Shown here: positions 11,688 through 21,751 of the stretch, piece by piece
How the letters are laid out: the number at the start of each line of letters is the position of its first letter
Position numbering within the stretch: position 1 is the first letter of the stretch
Source: Patescibacteria group bacterium
GTDB taxonomy: Bacteria > Patescibacteriota > Patescibacteriia > Buchananbacterales > UBA6539
Length of the DNA stretch: 64,000 bases
NCBI GenBank assembly: GCA_041649675.1
Contig: JBAZMQ010000007.1
Location: forward strand, 2,948-66,947
Direction: 5' to 3'
Program-made: the position numbers and the translations under genes
Notes under the pieces: model-generated
The model's database searches: none
What the model saw: the letters and a program-made list of their open reading frames with translations, nothing else
What the model was told of the DNA's origin: nothing

Positions 11688-12702
11688 AAAATTAAAAGAA
11701 AAAAATATGGAAAATATTCCAAACCAGACTACAAAGCCACTTACCAGCCAGGTAGTCAAGGGACCAAAAGCTTTATTTTGGTATTTGGCCCTATTCTTCA
11801 CTTTAGGGATTACAGCATTTTCCACCGGCGGACTATGGTTTCAATTTATTAACAAATGGTTTGGCACCGAAATAAATTACGGCCAAGCTGTTCGGGCTTT
11901 CAGCCAATCAGCAATCAAATGGGAAATGGCATCTCTGATTGTTTCAGTTCCGGTATTTTTTATTTTCACCTTACTGGTTAGAAAAGCCTTAAAAAACGGC
12001 AGCTTAGCCCCGGACAATAAAGTTAGACTCTGGGTTACCTACATTATTCTATTTATTGTAATCGCCGTTTCCGTCGGTGATTTGATCGCTACCACCTTTT
12101 CCCTATTAAACGGCGATTTCACTGTCCGATTCCTGCTTAAGAGTTTGACCATTTTGGTCATTGCGATTTGGATGTTTGTTTACTACTGGTTAGAAATCAG
12201 ATCTCACAGCTCGCTGACTGACTCCAAGTTACCAAAGATAATGGGTATCATTACCTTAGCAGTAGTAATCGTTTCTTTTATTGGTACTTTCTTTATTATT
12301 GAATCCCCGGTTCAAGCCAGAAAGAACGCTTTTGACCGGACCAGAGTTAATGATTTACAAAATATCAAATACGCAGTTGATAGTTACTATCAAGAATTCA
12401 ACAAACTACCAACGACTTTGGATGAATTAATTCAATCAAGAGGCTATTTGAATATTATTGATCCGGAAACGGCCAAGCCTTACGAATACAAATCTACCGG
12501 CAGCGATTCTTATCAGCTTTGCGCCCAATTCAGTAATTCCAATAAAGGCCAAGTAAACGATTATTACAATTATCCTAATTACAATGAGTTTTTGCATGAT
12601 GCCGGCCACAGTTGTTTTGACCGAAAAGCAGTTTCAGCCGACCAGCCAGCAAAAATGTTACAAAAACCATCACCTCAGCCTCAAACCATTCCGGCTAATT
12701 AA
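11680..12702 (+). CDS. polytopic membrane protein with C-terminal pilin/pseudopilin-like segment (start may be 11707)
   Basis: 4-5 TM helices then TM plus [24 protein letters not shown] resembling type II secretion/type IV pilin N-termini; inserted between rplK and rplA. Confidence 0.55.
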   Translation: MTKKLKEKNMENIPNQTTKPLTSQVVKGPKALFWYLALFFTLGITAFSTGGLWFQFINKWFGTEINYGQAVRAFSQSAIKWEMASLIVSVPVFFIFTLLVRKALKNGSLAPDNKVRLWVTYIILFIVIAVSVGDLIATTFSLLNGDFTVRFLLKSLTILVIAIWMFVYYWLEIRSHSSLTDSKLPKIMGIITLAVVIVSFIGTFFIIESPVQARKNAFDRTRVNDLQNIKYAVDSYYQEFNKLPTTLDELIQSRGYLNIIDPETAKPYEYKSTGSDSYQLCAQFSNSNKGQVNDYYNYPNYNEFLHDAGHSCFDRKAVSADQPAKMLQKPSPQPQTIPAN

Positions 12703-12795
12703 ATAATAATAAATAATTGCGGGACCCCAAATTTTCCAGGGATCAAAACCGCGAACCCGCCTACGCCAAGGCTTTAGCGGGTAAAAGGAAAAATT

Positions 12796-13476
12796 ATGAA
12801 TCATTCAAAACGCTATCAAGGATTGGTAAAAAAAATCGAAAAAGACAAGCTCTATTCCCTTGAACAAGCAATTAAATTGGTCAAAGAAACCAACACTACT
12901 AAATTCAAGGGTTCAGTTGAAGTCCATGTCCGCTTAGGCATTGATACGAAAAAAACCGAGCAGCAAGTTCGCGGAACCATTACCTTGCCTTTCGGCACGG
13001 GTAAAACCAAAAAAATTGCTGCCATTGTTTCACCGGAAAAAGAAAAAGAAGCTAAAGAAGCTGGCGCTGACGTTTTCGGCAGTCAGGAATTAATTGACCA
13101 AATTAAGACTACCGGTAAAGTTGATTTTGATATTACTATTGCCACTCCCGATATGATGCCAAAACTAGCCGTGATTGCCAAAATTTTAGGGCCCAAAGGT
13201 TTAATGCCTTCGCCTAAAAATGATACCATCACTACCAACTTAGCCAAAACTATCAGCGAACTAAAAAAAGGCAAGGTCAACTTCAAAAGTGATGATACTG
13301 GCAATGTCCACCAAATAATTGGCAAAGTAAATTTTGACGATTCCCAGCTAATTGAAAATTTCCAAGCCTTCATTGGCGCCCTGAAAAAAAGTAAGCCATC
13401 TTCAGCTAAAGGAACTTATATTCAGAATGTCACTATTGCTTCTTCAATGGGTCCAGGGGTAAAAGTCGCCTTATAA
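12796..13476 (+). CDS. rplA: 50S ribosomal protein L1
   Basis: full-length L1 homology (VHVRLGIDTKK..., GKVNFKSDD...). Confidence 0.95.
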   Translation: MNHSKRYQGLVKKIEKDKLYSLEQAIKLVKETNTTKFKGSVEVHVRLGIDTKKTEQQVRGTITLPFGTGKTKKIAAIVSPEKEKEAKEAGADVFGSQELIDQIKTTGKVDFDITIATPDMMPKLAVIAKILGPKGLMPSPKNDTITTNLAKTISELKKGKVNFKSDDTGNVHQIIGKVNFDDSQLIENFQAFIGALKKSKPSSAKGTYIQNVTIASSMGPGVKVAL

Positions 13477-13494
13477 AATTTAAATACTACCAAA

Positions 13495-13522
13495 AAATCC
13501 GCTTTTTAGGCGGATTTTTTGA
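13495..13522 (+). terminator. rho-independent terminator after rplA
   Basis: atccgc-ttttta-gcggat plus T6. Confidence 0.6.
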
Positions 13523-13636
13523 TTTGCCAAGAACGTTTAAAATCTGTTAAAATATAGGAGTTATTACAAATTAATACGGGATAAAAAAGTCGCTTATCTT
13601 GCTGATAAACTTATCTCGCCTACCTTGCTTAACTTT

Positions 13637-14182
13637 ATGTCTGAAGAACGAAATCACTATCGCCCGTCTTGGGACGACTATTTTATGGCAATTGCCAAAA
13701 TTATTGCCAGCCGCGGCACCTGCGATCGTCTTTATTCTGGTGCAGTTTTGGTTAAAAATAACAGAATAATCTCCACTGGCTATAACGGTTCTCCAGCCGC
13801 CTTACCTCACTGTCACGATGCCGGCCATCTTTTAGAAGATGGTCATTGCGTTAGGACAATACATGGCGAACATAATGCAATTCTACAAGCTGCCGTTCAA
13901 GGTGGCACCAGCACTGTTGGCTCAACCATGTACACTAAATATAATCCTTGCATTCATTGTACTAAATACGTAATCGCTGCCGGTATTACCAGGGTCGTAC
14001 TTGGTAAAATTTACCGCAGCGAAAAAGCGGTAGAAATGTTAAAAGAAGCCGGCATTCAAGTTGATATCTACCAGGAAAATCCCGAATGGAGCAATGAGAT
14101 AGTAAAAATGTTTACCGAAGAAATTCCCGAGCGCATCAACGAGGGCGCAGTAAAATTTCAGGAGACTAAAACTAATGAATAA
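13637..14182 (+). CDS. dCMP deaminase (ComEB/cytidine-deoxycytidylate deaminase family)
   Basis: HAEHNAI zinc motif and PCIHC. Confidence 0.85.
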   Translation: MSEERNHYRPSWDDYFMAIAKIIASRGTCDRLYSGAVLVKNNRIISTGYNGSPAALPHCHDAGHLLEDGHCVRTIHGEHNAILQAAVQGGTSTVGSTMYTKYNPCIHCTKYVIAAGITRVVLGKIYRSEKAVEMLKEAGIQVDIYQENPEWSNEIVKMFTEEIPERINEGAVKFQETKTNE

Positions 14183-14735
14183 AATAATTTTAGGTTTTGT
14201 CGGTCCGATTGCTTCGGGCAAAGGGACGGCTTGTAAATATCTTGCCGAAAAACATGGAGCCAAGATCTTTCGTTTTTCTTCCATGCTGCGCGATGTTTTG
14301 GATAGATTCTATATTGAGCAAAGCCGAGAAAACATGCAGACAGTTTCTTCGGTTTTAAGGCAGACTTTTGGTGATGATCTGATGGCCAAAACTATTGCTA
14401 ACGATGTTAGCAAAACCGAGACTGAGATTGTCGCTGTTGATGGTGTCAGGCGCGAACCCGATATTAAATACCTAAAACAAATTCCTGGCTTTTATCTTGT
14501 TAATATTGACGCTGACCAAAAAATTCGTTGGCAAAGAATAACTTCCAGAGGTGAAAATAGCGATGATACTAAAAAAACTTTGGAGCAATTTCAGCAAGAC
14601 GAGCAAAGAGAGGCCGAACAACAAATTAAAGCCGTAGCTAAATCAGCCAATTTCATTATTGATAATAATGGCACAACTCAAGAACTCTATAAACAAATTG
14701 AGACTATTTTAAACAAAGCTCAAAAAAAGAGTTAA
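14175..14735 (+). CDS. deoxynucleoside monophosphate kinase, phage T4 gp1-like P-loop kinase
   Basis: Walker A GPIASGKGT; colinear similarity to T4 dNMP kinase (VDGVRREPD.., SRGENSDDT.., IIDNNGTTQELYKQIETIL). Confidence 0.55.
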   Translation: MNKIILGFVGPIASGKGTACKYLAEKHGAKIFRFSSMLRDVLDRFYIEQSRENMQTVSSVLRQTFGDDLMAKTIANDVSKTETEIVAVDGVRREPDIKYLKQIPGFYLVNIDADQKIRWQRITSRGENSDDTKKTLEQFQQDEQREAEQQIKAVAKSANFIIDNNGTTQELYKQIETILNKAQKKS

Positions 14736-14739
14736 CAAA

Positions 14740-15159
14740 ATGAAAATCAAAATTAAAAAACTTAAGCCAAAAATAAAAATCCCTAGCTATGCTCATTTGG
14801 GCGATGCGGGCTTGGATTTATGTTCGCTGCAAGATTACAAATTGAAACCGGGCGAAAGTAAAAGATTTGATTTCGGATTTGCCTTAGAATTTAACAAAGG
14901 CTACGTCGCTTTAACTCGTGACCGTGGCAGCCTAGCAACAGCCGGCGTTCATAATCTTGGCGGAGTTTTTGATTGCGGCTACCGCGGCGAGTACAATTGC
15001 ACTTTAATCAATTTAAGCAAAAAAACTTATCAAATAAAAAGGGGCGATCGGATTGTTCAGCTAGTAATTTTTCCAATCGCTTATGCCGATCTAAGAGAAG
15101 TAAAGAATTTAGCAAAAACCAGTCGTGGTCACGGCCGTTTCGGTTCAACTGGTAAATAA
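14740..15159 (+). CDS. dut: dUTP diphosphatase
   Basis: all five dUTPase motifs (AGLDL, GVFDCGYRGE, RIVQL, SRGHGRFGSTG). Confidence 0.9.
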   Translation: MKIKIKKLKPKIKIPSYAHLGDAGLDLCSLQDYKLKPGESKRFDFGFALEFNKGYVALTRDRGSLATAGVHNLGGVFDCGYRGEYNCTLINLSKKTYQIKRGDRIVQLVIFPIAYADLREVKNLAKTSRGHGRFGSTGK

Positions 15160-15187
15160 TTTACTAACCAGTGCTAACGAAAAAAAT

Positions 15188-17518
15188 ATGGAGGACAAAA
15201 AGCCATTAATAATCGCAGCCATCATCGTTGTTGTTTTGTTTATTATTACGGCTATTGGTGTATTCTTTTTTCTCAGCCGACCTACGACTACCAGCGACAT
15301 CACTGCCCCGCCGAATACTAATACTGACTATAATTATTTGCCGCCATCACTCCAAACTTCAGGTGATACCAGTATCGTCCAGGAAGAAAAAATTAAACTG
15401 GAAAAAGAAAAACAATTTATTTCTTCGTTTTGGAAACCTTGGGAACTAAAATATACTGCCCAGTCCCCAACTTACAAACTACCTTTAGACAAAACCAAAG
15501 AGCAAGTTATAAACTATCGCGATTTTTCCCGAAAAATAAATTTAGACCCAACCCTAGCTAAGCTCACCGCCAATGGTTTTGTTGTTATCAACAATCCTTT
15601 TGACCAAAAGGTTAACGATTGGGCGGGTAACTATAAATTAATCAACAATAATAAATTACCAGTTCTAATAACAGCTGATTCCGTTGTTGGTCTTTACCAA
15701 GATACTTTGAATATCGTTTACAAAGAAATTGAACAAGAAATATTTTATCCTTCACTTTGGCAGCTGCTTAAAGAAATGGCCAATCAGGCGCGACAACGTT
15801 ATGAATCAAGGCAAAGCCAGTTTGGGATCAAAACTGACCTGGTAACCGAAGCTAACCGGTTAGAATTGGCTTTTATCACAACCGGTTTAAAACTACTACA
15901 ACCCGAAACTGGCCAAATCAAAGATTCTTTGTCCGCTGATAACACTTTCTTTTCTTCCCAAGAAGCCGGTCTTTACACAATTGCCACCCCGCCCTATTTA
16001 GCCGATGAAATCGCCCAAGAAATAAAATTAATTAAATCCAAAGCAAAAACAACTAAATCCCCGATTTTTCTTTATCCCCGGAGTTATGAAATTTATGCCA
16101 TTCCGCCCCAATATAACACTTCGGAAAAACTAAAAAATTATTATTTGGCAATCACTTGGCTTAACAACAATCTGTTTCCCCTTTGGAGCAAAAGTAATGA
16201 TTGCCCAAAATGTCTTTTAGACCAATCGGATCAAATAATCAATTTTGTTGCTTCTTTGTATCTGACTAACGATTTGGCTTCTGATCAAGCCTTAAAAAAT
16301 CGCTGGGCCAATATTTATAAATCAATTTCTTTTTTTAAAGGTTTGGAAGTTAATTTGACTTACTTGGATTATCAACAAGCAATGAAGGATACTTTCGGCA
16401 AGGATTATAATTTAAATAACCTCTTTACTGGCGACCAACAAGTAGTTAAAGATAATATTATAAACTTGCAAGAAAAAATCAGCAGCTACAATTTTTCTAA
16501 GATTTTAAGGCAAAATCAAAATAGCAAAGAAAAAGCCGGCCTGCGGCTGCTTCGTAATTATTACCTATTGGAAAATGAATTGTTTAACAATTTAAGCGGC
16601 CAAACAGCTGGGCAATACACTGGCCAAATTACTAAAGGCCAAGTTTTACCCTTCTCTACTTGCCAAATGGATAAAAAATACTACCGCTGCTGGCCAACTG
16701 GTTTAGATCTTTTCAATCTTTTGAACAACGAAACGGCCAAAAAAATTAATGAAAAAAATAAAGGCAATCTCTACGCCAATTACAATCAGAATCTGACTGA
16801 TTTTTCTTCGGCTTTGAAAGAGTTTACCCAGCCTACTTGGCATGACAATGCTTATTTGAGCCTGCTTTCAGCCCTAACCAGTTTTAATCAAACCAAAACT
16901 GGGTTGCCGGCTTTCATGCAAACTGATCTTTGGCAAAAAAAAGAACTAAATACTAGCCTAGGAGCCTGGGTTGATTTTCACCGAGAAATTAATTTTGAAA
17001 AAACCAAAATTTCAATCAATAACACTTTTAGAGAATACTTCCCTTATGGCTACATTGAACCACAGACGGAATTATACAGCACCCTTTTGGCCAATGTTGA
17101 TATGGTAATGAGTGGTTTTACCAGCTTGCAGATAATTTCTAACCAAAGCAAATCGTTTGAGAGACTGACAAACTTAAAAAACATTTTACAGCCAGCCGCG
17201 GAGATCTCAAAAAAGGAGTTAACCCAAGAGAGCTTAACTTCAGATAATTATGATTTCATAAATAATTTTTATAAACAAATTGAAACTGTTATTGGTGATA
17301 TTAAAGCTAGCGGCGTTCAAAATAAAAGTTCATTTAGCTACGCAACGGCGGATAATTATATCATCAACGAATACCTTGATGGTTTAAATTATCTAATTGT
17401 TATTTATCCGGATAAAGATGGCAAACTATATTTTGCCGTTGGACCCGTATTTAGTTATTTAGAGAGTAAAAATAAAGATAAACCTTTGGCCACTTGGCAG
17501 CAAGAGCTAAAACCATAA
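15188..17518 (+). CDS. large membrane-anchored/secreted hypothetical protein (about 776 aa)
   Basis: N-terminal signal-anchor then N/Q/Y-rich extracytoplasmic domain; ORF start taken at ATG 15188. Confidence 0.6.
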   Translation: MEDKKPLIIAAIIVVVLFIITAIGVFFFLSRPTTTSDITAPPNTNTDYNYLPPSLQTSGDTSIVQEEKIKLEKEKQFISSFWKPWELKYTAQSPTYKLPLDKTKEQVINYRDFSRKINLDPTLAKLTANGFVVINNPFDQKVNDWAGNYKLINNNKLPVLITADSVVGLYQDTLNIVYKEIEQEIFYPSLWQLLKEMANQARQRYESRQSQFGIKTDLVTEANRLELAFITTGLKLLQPETGQIKDSLSADNTFFSSQEAGLYTIATPPYLADEIAQEIKLIKSKAKTTKSPIFLYPRSYEIYAIPPQYNTSEKLKNYYLAITWLNNNLFPLWSKSNDCPKCLLDQSDQIINFVASLYLTNDLASDQALKNRWANIYKSISFFKGLEVNLTYLDYQQAMKDTFGKDYNLNNLFTGDQQVVKDNIINLQEKISSYNFSKILRQNQNSKEKAGLRLLRNYYLLENELFNNLSGQTAGQYTGQITKGQVLPFSTCQMDKKYYRCWPTGLDLFNLLNNETAKKINEKNKGNLYANYNQNLTDFSSALKEFTQPTWHDNAYLSLLSALTSFNQTKTGLPAFMQTDLWQKKELNTSLGAWVDFHREINFEKTKISINNTFREYFPYGYIEPQTELYSTLLANVDMVMSGFTSLQIISNQSKSFERLTNLKNILQPAAEISKKELTQESLTSDNYDFINNFYKQIETVIGDIKASGVQNKSSFSYATADNYIINEYLDGLNYLIVIYPDKDGKLYFAVGPVFSYLESKNKDKPLATWQQELKP

Positions 17519-17520
17519 AT

Positions 17521-18393
17521 ATGAAAGCCTATTTAGACATTGTCAAAAAAATCTTAGAAACCGGTCAAAGAACTACCAACCGAACCGGCATTGATACTTT
17601 AGTTTTTCCGGGCAATATGTTTCAGCATGATATGAGCACCGGTTTTCCAATACTCACAACAAAAAAAGTGCCTTATCGCCTGGTGGCTACAGAACTGGAA
17701 TTTTTTATCAAAGGCATCACTGACAAAAAATGGCTACAGGATCGGAATAATCATATCTGGGACGAATGGTGTACGCCATTAAAAATTCCTTATGCTAATG
17801 ACGAAGAAACGAAGAAACGCATGTTTGCCGAAAGAGATTTGGGCACAATTTATGGCTGGGAATGGCGGCATTTTGGCGCTCAATACAAATCTTATGATAC
17901 TGATTATACGGGTCAAGGCGTTGATCAATTAAAAAAATTAGTCACCGATTTAAAAGCTCAACCAGACAGCCGCCGAATGCTGGTTTTAGCCTGGAATCCA
18001 TTAGATATTGACAAAGCCGTTCCGCCTTACTGCCATTATGGTTTTCAAGTCACGGTGGTTAATAAAAAATTAAATTTATTTTGGAACCAGCGTTCAGTTG
18101 ATGTCGCCCTTGGCTTGCCTTTCAACATTGCCAGCTATGCAACCTTGCTTCATTTGTTAGCCCGAGAAACCGGTTTTGAGGAAGGTATTCTGACTGGATT
18201 TTTGGCTGATACTCATATTTACGTTAATCACGTTGATGGTCTAAAAGAACAATTATCCCGAAATTACAATAAATATCCCCTGCCAAAAATTGAAACTAAA
18301 AAATTTACCTCAATTTTTGACTGGCAAGCGACTGATACGGAACTAATTAATTATCAAAGTTACCCGACAATTAAATTTGAAATAGCAGTCTAA
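17521..18393 (+). CDS. thyA: thymidylate synthase
   Basis: MKAYLDIVKKILETG..RTG, WNPLD, CH..FQ active-site region. Confidence 0.9.
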   Translation: MKAYLDIVKKILETGQRTTNRTGIDTLVFPGNMFQHDMSTGFPILTTKKVPYRLVATELEFFIKGITDKKWLQDRNNHIWDEWCTPLKIPYANDEETKKRMFAERDLGTIYGWEWRHFGAQYKSYDTDYTGQGVDQLKKLVTDLKAQPDSRRMLVLAWNPLDIDKAVPPYCHYGFQVTVVNKKLNLFWNQRSVDVALGLPFNIASYATLLHLLARETGFEEGILTGFLADTHIYVNHVDGLKEQLSRNYNKYPLPKIETKKFTSIFDWQATDTELINYQSYPTIKFEIAV

Positions 18394-18472
18394 AACCAGC
18401 TTTTAGCTGTTAGCTTATAGCTTTTAGAATTTTCCCTACAAGCTACCAGCTAAAAGCTAATAGCTAATTTCT
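18394..18472. repeat. palindromic 'agct' repeat element, copy A (shares the 20-mer tagctgttagcttatagctt with 35560..35631)
   Basis: imperfect palindrome agcttttagctg / cagctaaaagct; second copy elsewhere in window. Confidence 0.6.
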
Positions 18473-18988
18473 ATGAAACTAATCCTAATGATGGCCATGA
18501 CCGCGGACGGTATCATCGCCAAAAATTCCACCCAAAATGCCGATTGGACCAGCAAAGCTGACAAAAAAGCTTTTATTGCTGAGACCAAAAAACACGGCGT
18601 AATTATTATGGGCCAAACTACTTTTGAAGCAATCGGCAAAGCTTTGCCTGGTCGCTTGAATTTAATTTTAAGTCTAACACCCGAAAAATTTAAGGAAAAA
18701 GAACAGCCCGGACTTTTAGAATTTGCCAAAGGCACGCCTCAAGAAATTATTTCCCTCCTTGAAAATCGCGGATTTGAATCAGCTATCCTGGGTGGTGGGG
18801 CTAAAACCAACGGCATGTTTTTGCAAGCCGGTTTGGTTGATGAAATCTTGATTACCGTTGAACCAAAAATCTTTGGCCAAGGTATGAACTTTACCGAAGG
18901 CGAGGATTTAGATTTGAATTTAGAATTAATTGAAGCTAAAAAAATCGGAGATAATGCGGTGCAACTGAAATACAAGGTTTTAAAATAA
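18473..18988 (+). CDS. dihydrofolate reductase family protein (RibD C-terminal/DHFR-like)
   Basis: LILMMAMTADGII N-terminus, Rossmann-like; adjacent to thyA. Confidence 0.7.
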   Translation: MKLILMMAMTADGIIAKNSTQNADWTSKADKKAFIAETKKHGVIIMGQTTFEAIGKALPGRLNLILSLTPEKFKEKEQPGLLEFAKGTPQEIISLLENRGFESAILGGGAKTNGMFLQAGLVDEILITVEPKIFGQGMNFTEGEDLDLNLELIEAKKIGDNAVQLKYKVLK

Positions 18989-19090
18989 AAAAAAGAAGGG
19001 GTATTTCCCTTCGACTTAAAGGACAAAGTCAGATAGGACTGCCGCTATCTGGTACAATTACCCAGTCGTAAAAGACAAAAAATAGTACCA

Positions 19091-19378
19091 TCAAAAATTC
19101 TCCTCCTCGTAATCGCCCGGCCAGCCATGGCATGTCACCAAAGAAATTAATACTATAATAACCGTGGCCAACAAAAAACGAAGTAATGTCGTTGTTCCTG
19201 TCCACCAAACTGCCACTAGACAAGCTTCTGCCAAAAAAGCCAGAGGCCAGTAGAACAGATAATGCAGAACTTTTCCAAGCCAGCCAAAGACCGACTCCGA
19301 ATTGGACAGCAGGCCCGTAATCAGCCAATACGCCAGCACTACCAGCAACACGCTTTTGACCGTCAAAAACCATTCCAT
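19091..19378 (-). CDS. small 3-TM membrane protein
   Basis: strongly hydrophobic helices; overlapping alternative frame 19029..19373 judged spurious. Confidence 0.45.
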   Translation of the reverse strand: MEWFLTVKSVLLVVLAYWLITGLLSNSESVFGWLGKVLHYLFYWPLAFLAEACLVAVWWTGTTTLLRFLLATVIIVLISLVTCHGWPGDYEEENF

Positions 19379-19506
19379 AACCGTCTCCTTACCTATGTTG
19401 TCTAAGCCGCACTTAAATTCCAGTCCGTTAATAAATTTATGTTAGTTGATATACTGGGTAAAGTCAAGACAAGAAATAAATTTTCTAAATAAGATAAATA
19501 AAAAAA

Positions 19507-20172
19507 ATGCTACAAGCTAATCGAGGCAAATTAATCGTCATTGACGGAATTGACGGTTCGGGCAAAGCCACCCAGACCAAAATTTTATTAGAAAAAATAA
19601 AAGAAGCTGGTTTGATGGTTGAGACAATTGATTTTCCGCAATACGAAAAAAACTTTTTTGGCCGAATGGTTCGTCGCTACCTTAATGGCGAATTTGGTCC
19701 GGCCACCACAGTTAACCCCTATCTAGCCTCAACTCTGTATGCCGCCGACCGCTGGGAGTCAGCTGAAACAATCAAACAATGGCTTGATCAGGGAAAAATT
19801 GTTTTATTAGACAGATATTATACTAGCAACCTGATTCATCAAGGAACTAAACTAACTTATTCGGAGCTGGATGACTTTATAATTTGGGATGAATCAATGG
19901 AATTTAATACTTTTAAAATTCCCAAACCGGACTTAGTAATTTATTTGCACTTGGACGCGGCTATTGCTTATGAACTAATCACTAAGCGCGGCCAGGGTCA
20001 TGATGGCCACGATACTACTCAACACTTAAAGCAGGCCGAAGAGAGATGTTCTTATCTGGCCAAAAAATTAAATTGGCTAACTGTTGAATGTAGCCAAAAC
20101 GGCCAGCTGCTAGAAATTGAAACCATTGCCGAAAACATTTGGCAACAAGCTAAAAAGATAATAAATATTTGA
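19507..20172 (+). CDS. tmk: thymidylate kinase
   Basis: IVIDGIDGSGKATQ P-loop, DRY motif. Confidence 0.9.
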   Translation: MLQANRGKLIVIDGIDGSGKATQTKILLEKIKEAGLMVETIDFPQYEKNFFGRMVRRYLNGEFGPATTVNPYLASTLYAADRWESAETIKQWLDQGKIVLLDRYYTSNLIHQGTKLTYSELDDFIIWDESMEFNTFKIPKPDLVIYLHLDAAIAYELITKRGQGHDGHDTTQHLKQAEERCSYLAKKLNWLTVECSQNGQLLEIETIAENIWQQAKKIINI

Positions 20173-20223
20173 CAATTAACCATTTTGTGATAAGCTAAAA
20201 CAATAAATTTAATACTTTTTGCT

Positions 20224-21750
20224 ATGAAATTAACCCCGGTAATTGGGCTAGAAATTCACGTCCAACTGAAAACCAAATCAAAAATGTTTTGTGCTTGCGA
20301 TAACGCGGGCGAAAACCAAGCGGCCAACACCACCGTCTGCCCTATCTGCATGGGTCATCCCGGAGTTTTACCTGTCACCAATAAACAGGCCGTTGAATGG
20401 TCAGTGATGTCGGCCTTAGCTTTGGGTTGTGAAATTCCAAAAATTTCTAAATTTGACCGCAAAAGTTATTTCTATCCGGATTTACCAAAAAATTACCAAA
20501 TTTCCCAATATGATCAGCCAATTGGTTTAAAAGGCAAATTAACAATCCAAACCAAAGAGGGCCCAAAAGAAATTGGTATCACCCGCCTTCACTTAGAAGA
20601 AGATGCGGCCAAAAATTTCCATTCACCCGACGGCAAACATACTTTGGTTGATTATAACCGTTCCAGTACGCCCTTAATGGAAATTGTGACTGAACCGGAT
20701 ATGCGCAGTCCGCTCCAAGCCAAAACTTTTGCTCAAGAATTAAGGGCAATAATGCGCTATTTGAATGTTTCCGATGCGGATATGGAAAAAGGTCATTTGC
20801 GCTGCGATGCCAACGTTTCTTTAACCGATCAACCCCAAGACAAAATTGATATTAATAAATTGCAGCCAAAAACTGAGATAAAAAATTTAAATTCATTTAA
20901 AGCGATTGAACGGGCTTTGGAGTATGAAATTAAACGGCAGACTAAACTTTGGGAAGCTGGCACACCACCAAAGCAGCAATCAACTCGCGGCTGGGATGAA
21001 AATAAGGGTATTACTCAAGATCAACGATTTAAAGAAGAGGCCTCCGATTATCGCTATTTCCCCGAACCGGATTTACCGCCATTAAATTTTGAACCCGGCC
21101 AACCAGATGCGCTGAATGTGGCGGCAATCAAAGACAGCTTAATTGAATTACCACAGGCCAAAAGACAAAGATACACCCAAGAATTTGGTTTATCGCTGGA
21201 AAATGCAAAGATTGTAACGGATGAAAAAGGTTTGGCCGACTTTTTTGAAAGAACGATTACCGAGCTGCGGGCTTGGCTGCTGTCGCTAGACGAAGTTGAG
21301 GGCACTCAAGACGAAATTTGGGAAAAAAATAAAGCCAAACTAGCCAAGTTAACCTATAATTGGCTAATTAATAAACTGATTGCCTTGTCGTACAAGGATG
21401 GAAAAAAAATAAATGTCACGCCGGAAAATTTTGCCGAATTTATCACTATTGTCTACCAAAATAAAATTAACTCCGCTATTGCTCAAAAACTATTGGAAAT
21501 AATGCACACGACCGGCAAAGATCCGTCAGTAATTATGGTTGAACAAGATTTAGACAAAAATGTTAAAAGTGGCGATATAGAAACGATTGTTGACAGAATA
21601 ATTGCTCAAAATCCAAATCAAGTTGAACAATACAAAAAGGGTAAAACGACTCTAATTCAGTTTTTCATTGGGCAAATAATGCGAGAGACTAAAGGTCAAG
21701 CTGACCCAGAACAACTTAAAAATATTTTAACTAATAAGCTAAATAAATAA
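20224..21750 (+). CDS. gatB: Asp/Glu-tRNA amidotransferase subunit B
   Basis: N-terminal IGLEIHVQL..CPIC motif and C-terminal YqeY domain. Confidence 0.9.
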   Translation: MKLTPVIGLEIHVQLKTKSKMFCACDNAGENQAANTTVCPICMGHPGVLPVTNKQAVEWSVMSALALGCEIPKISKFDRKSYFYPDLPKNYQISQYDQPIGLKGKLTIQTKEGPKEIGITRLHLEEDAAKNFHSPDGKHTLVDYNRSSTPLMEIVTEPDMRSPLQAKTFAQELRAIMRYLNVSDADMEKGHLRCDANVSLTDQPQDKIDINKLQPKTEIKNLNSFKAIERALEYEIKRQTKLWEAGTPPKQQSTRGWDENKGITQDQRFKEEASDYRYFPEPDLPPLNFEPGQPDALNVAAIKDSLIELPQAKRQRYTQEFGLSLENAKIVTDEKGLADFFERTITELRAWLLSLDEVEGTQDEIWEKNKAKLAKLTYNWLINKLIALSYKDGKKINVTPENFAEFITIVYQNKINSAIAQKLLEIMHTTGKDPSVIMVEQDLDKNVKSGDIETIVDRIIAQNPNQVEQYKKGKTTLIQFFIGQIMRETKGQADPEQLKNILTNKLNK

Positions 21751-21751
21751 T

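Noticed and set aside
12703-12795. L1 autoregulatory leader upstream of rplA
   Set aside because: Position is right and a gggacc.../acccgc...gcgggt structure exists, but the L1-binding consensus cannot be confirmed without a covariance model; kept only as a remark
18394-18472. tmRNA or other tag-encoding RNA suggested by repeated gct/agct codons
   Set aside because: No tRNA-like acceptor/T-arm, no ANDENYALAA-type tag reading frame; a second copy elsewhere shows it is a repeat element
19029-19373. Alternative frame ORF overlapping the small membrane protein gene
   Set aside because: Same locus and strand as 19091..19378 in another frame; the hydrophobic 3-TM frame is more plausible, but neither can be proven from sequence alone
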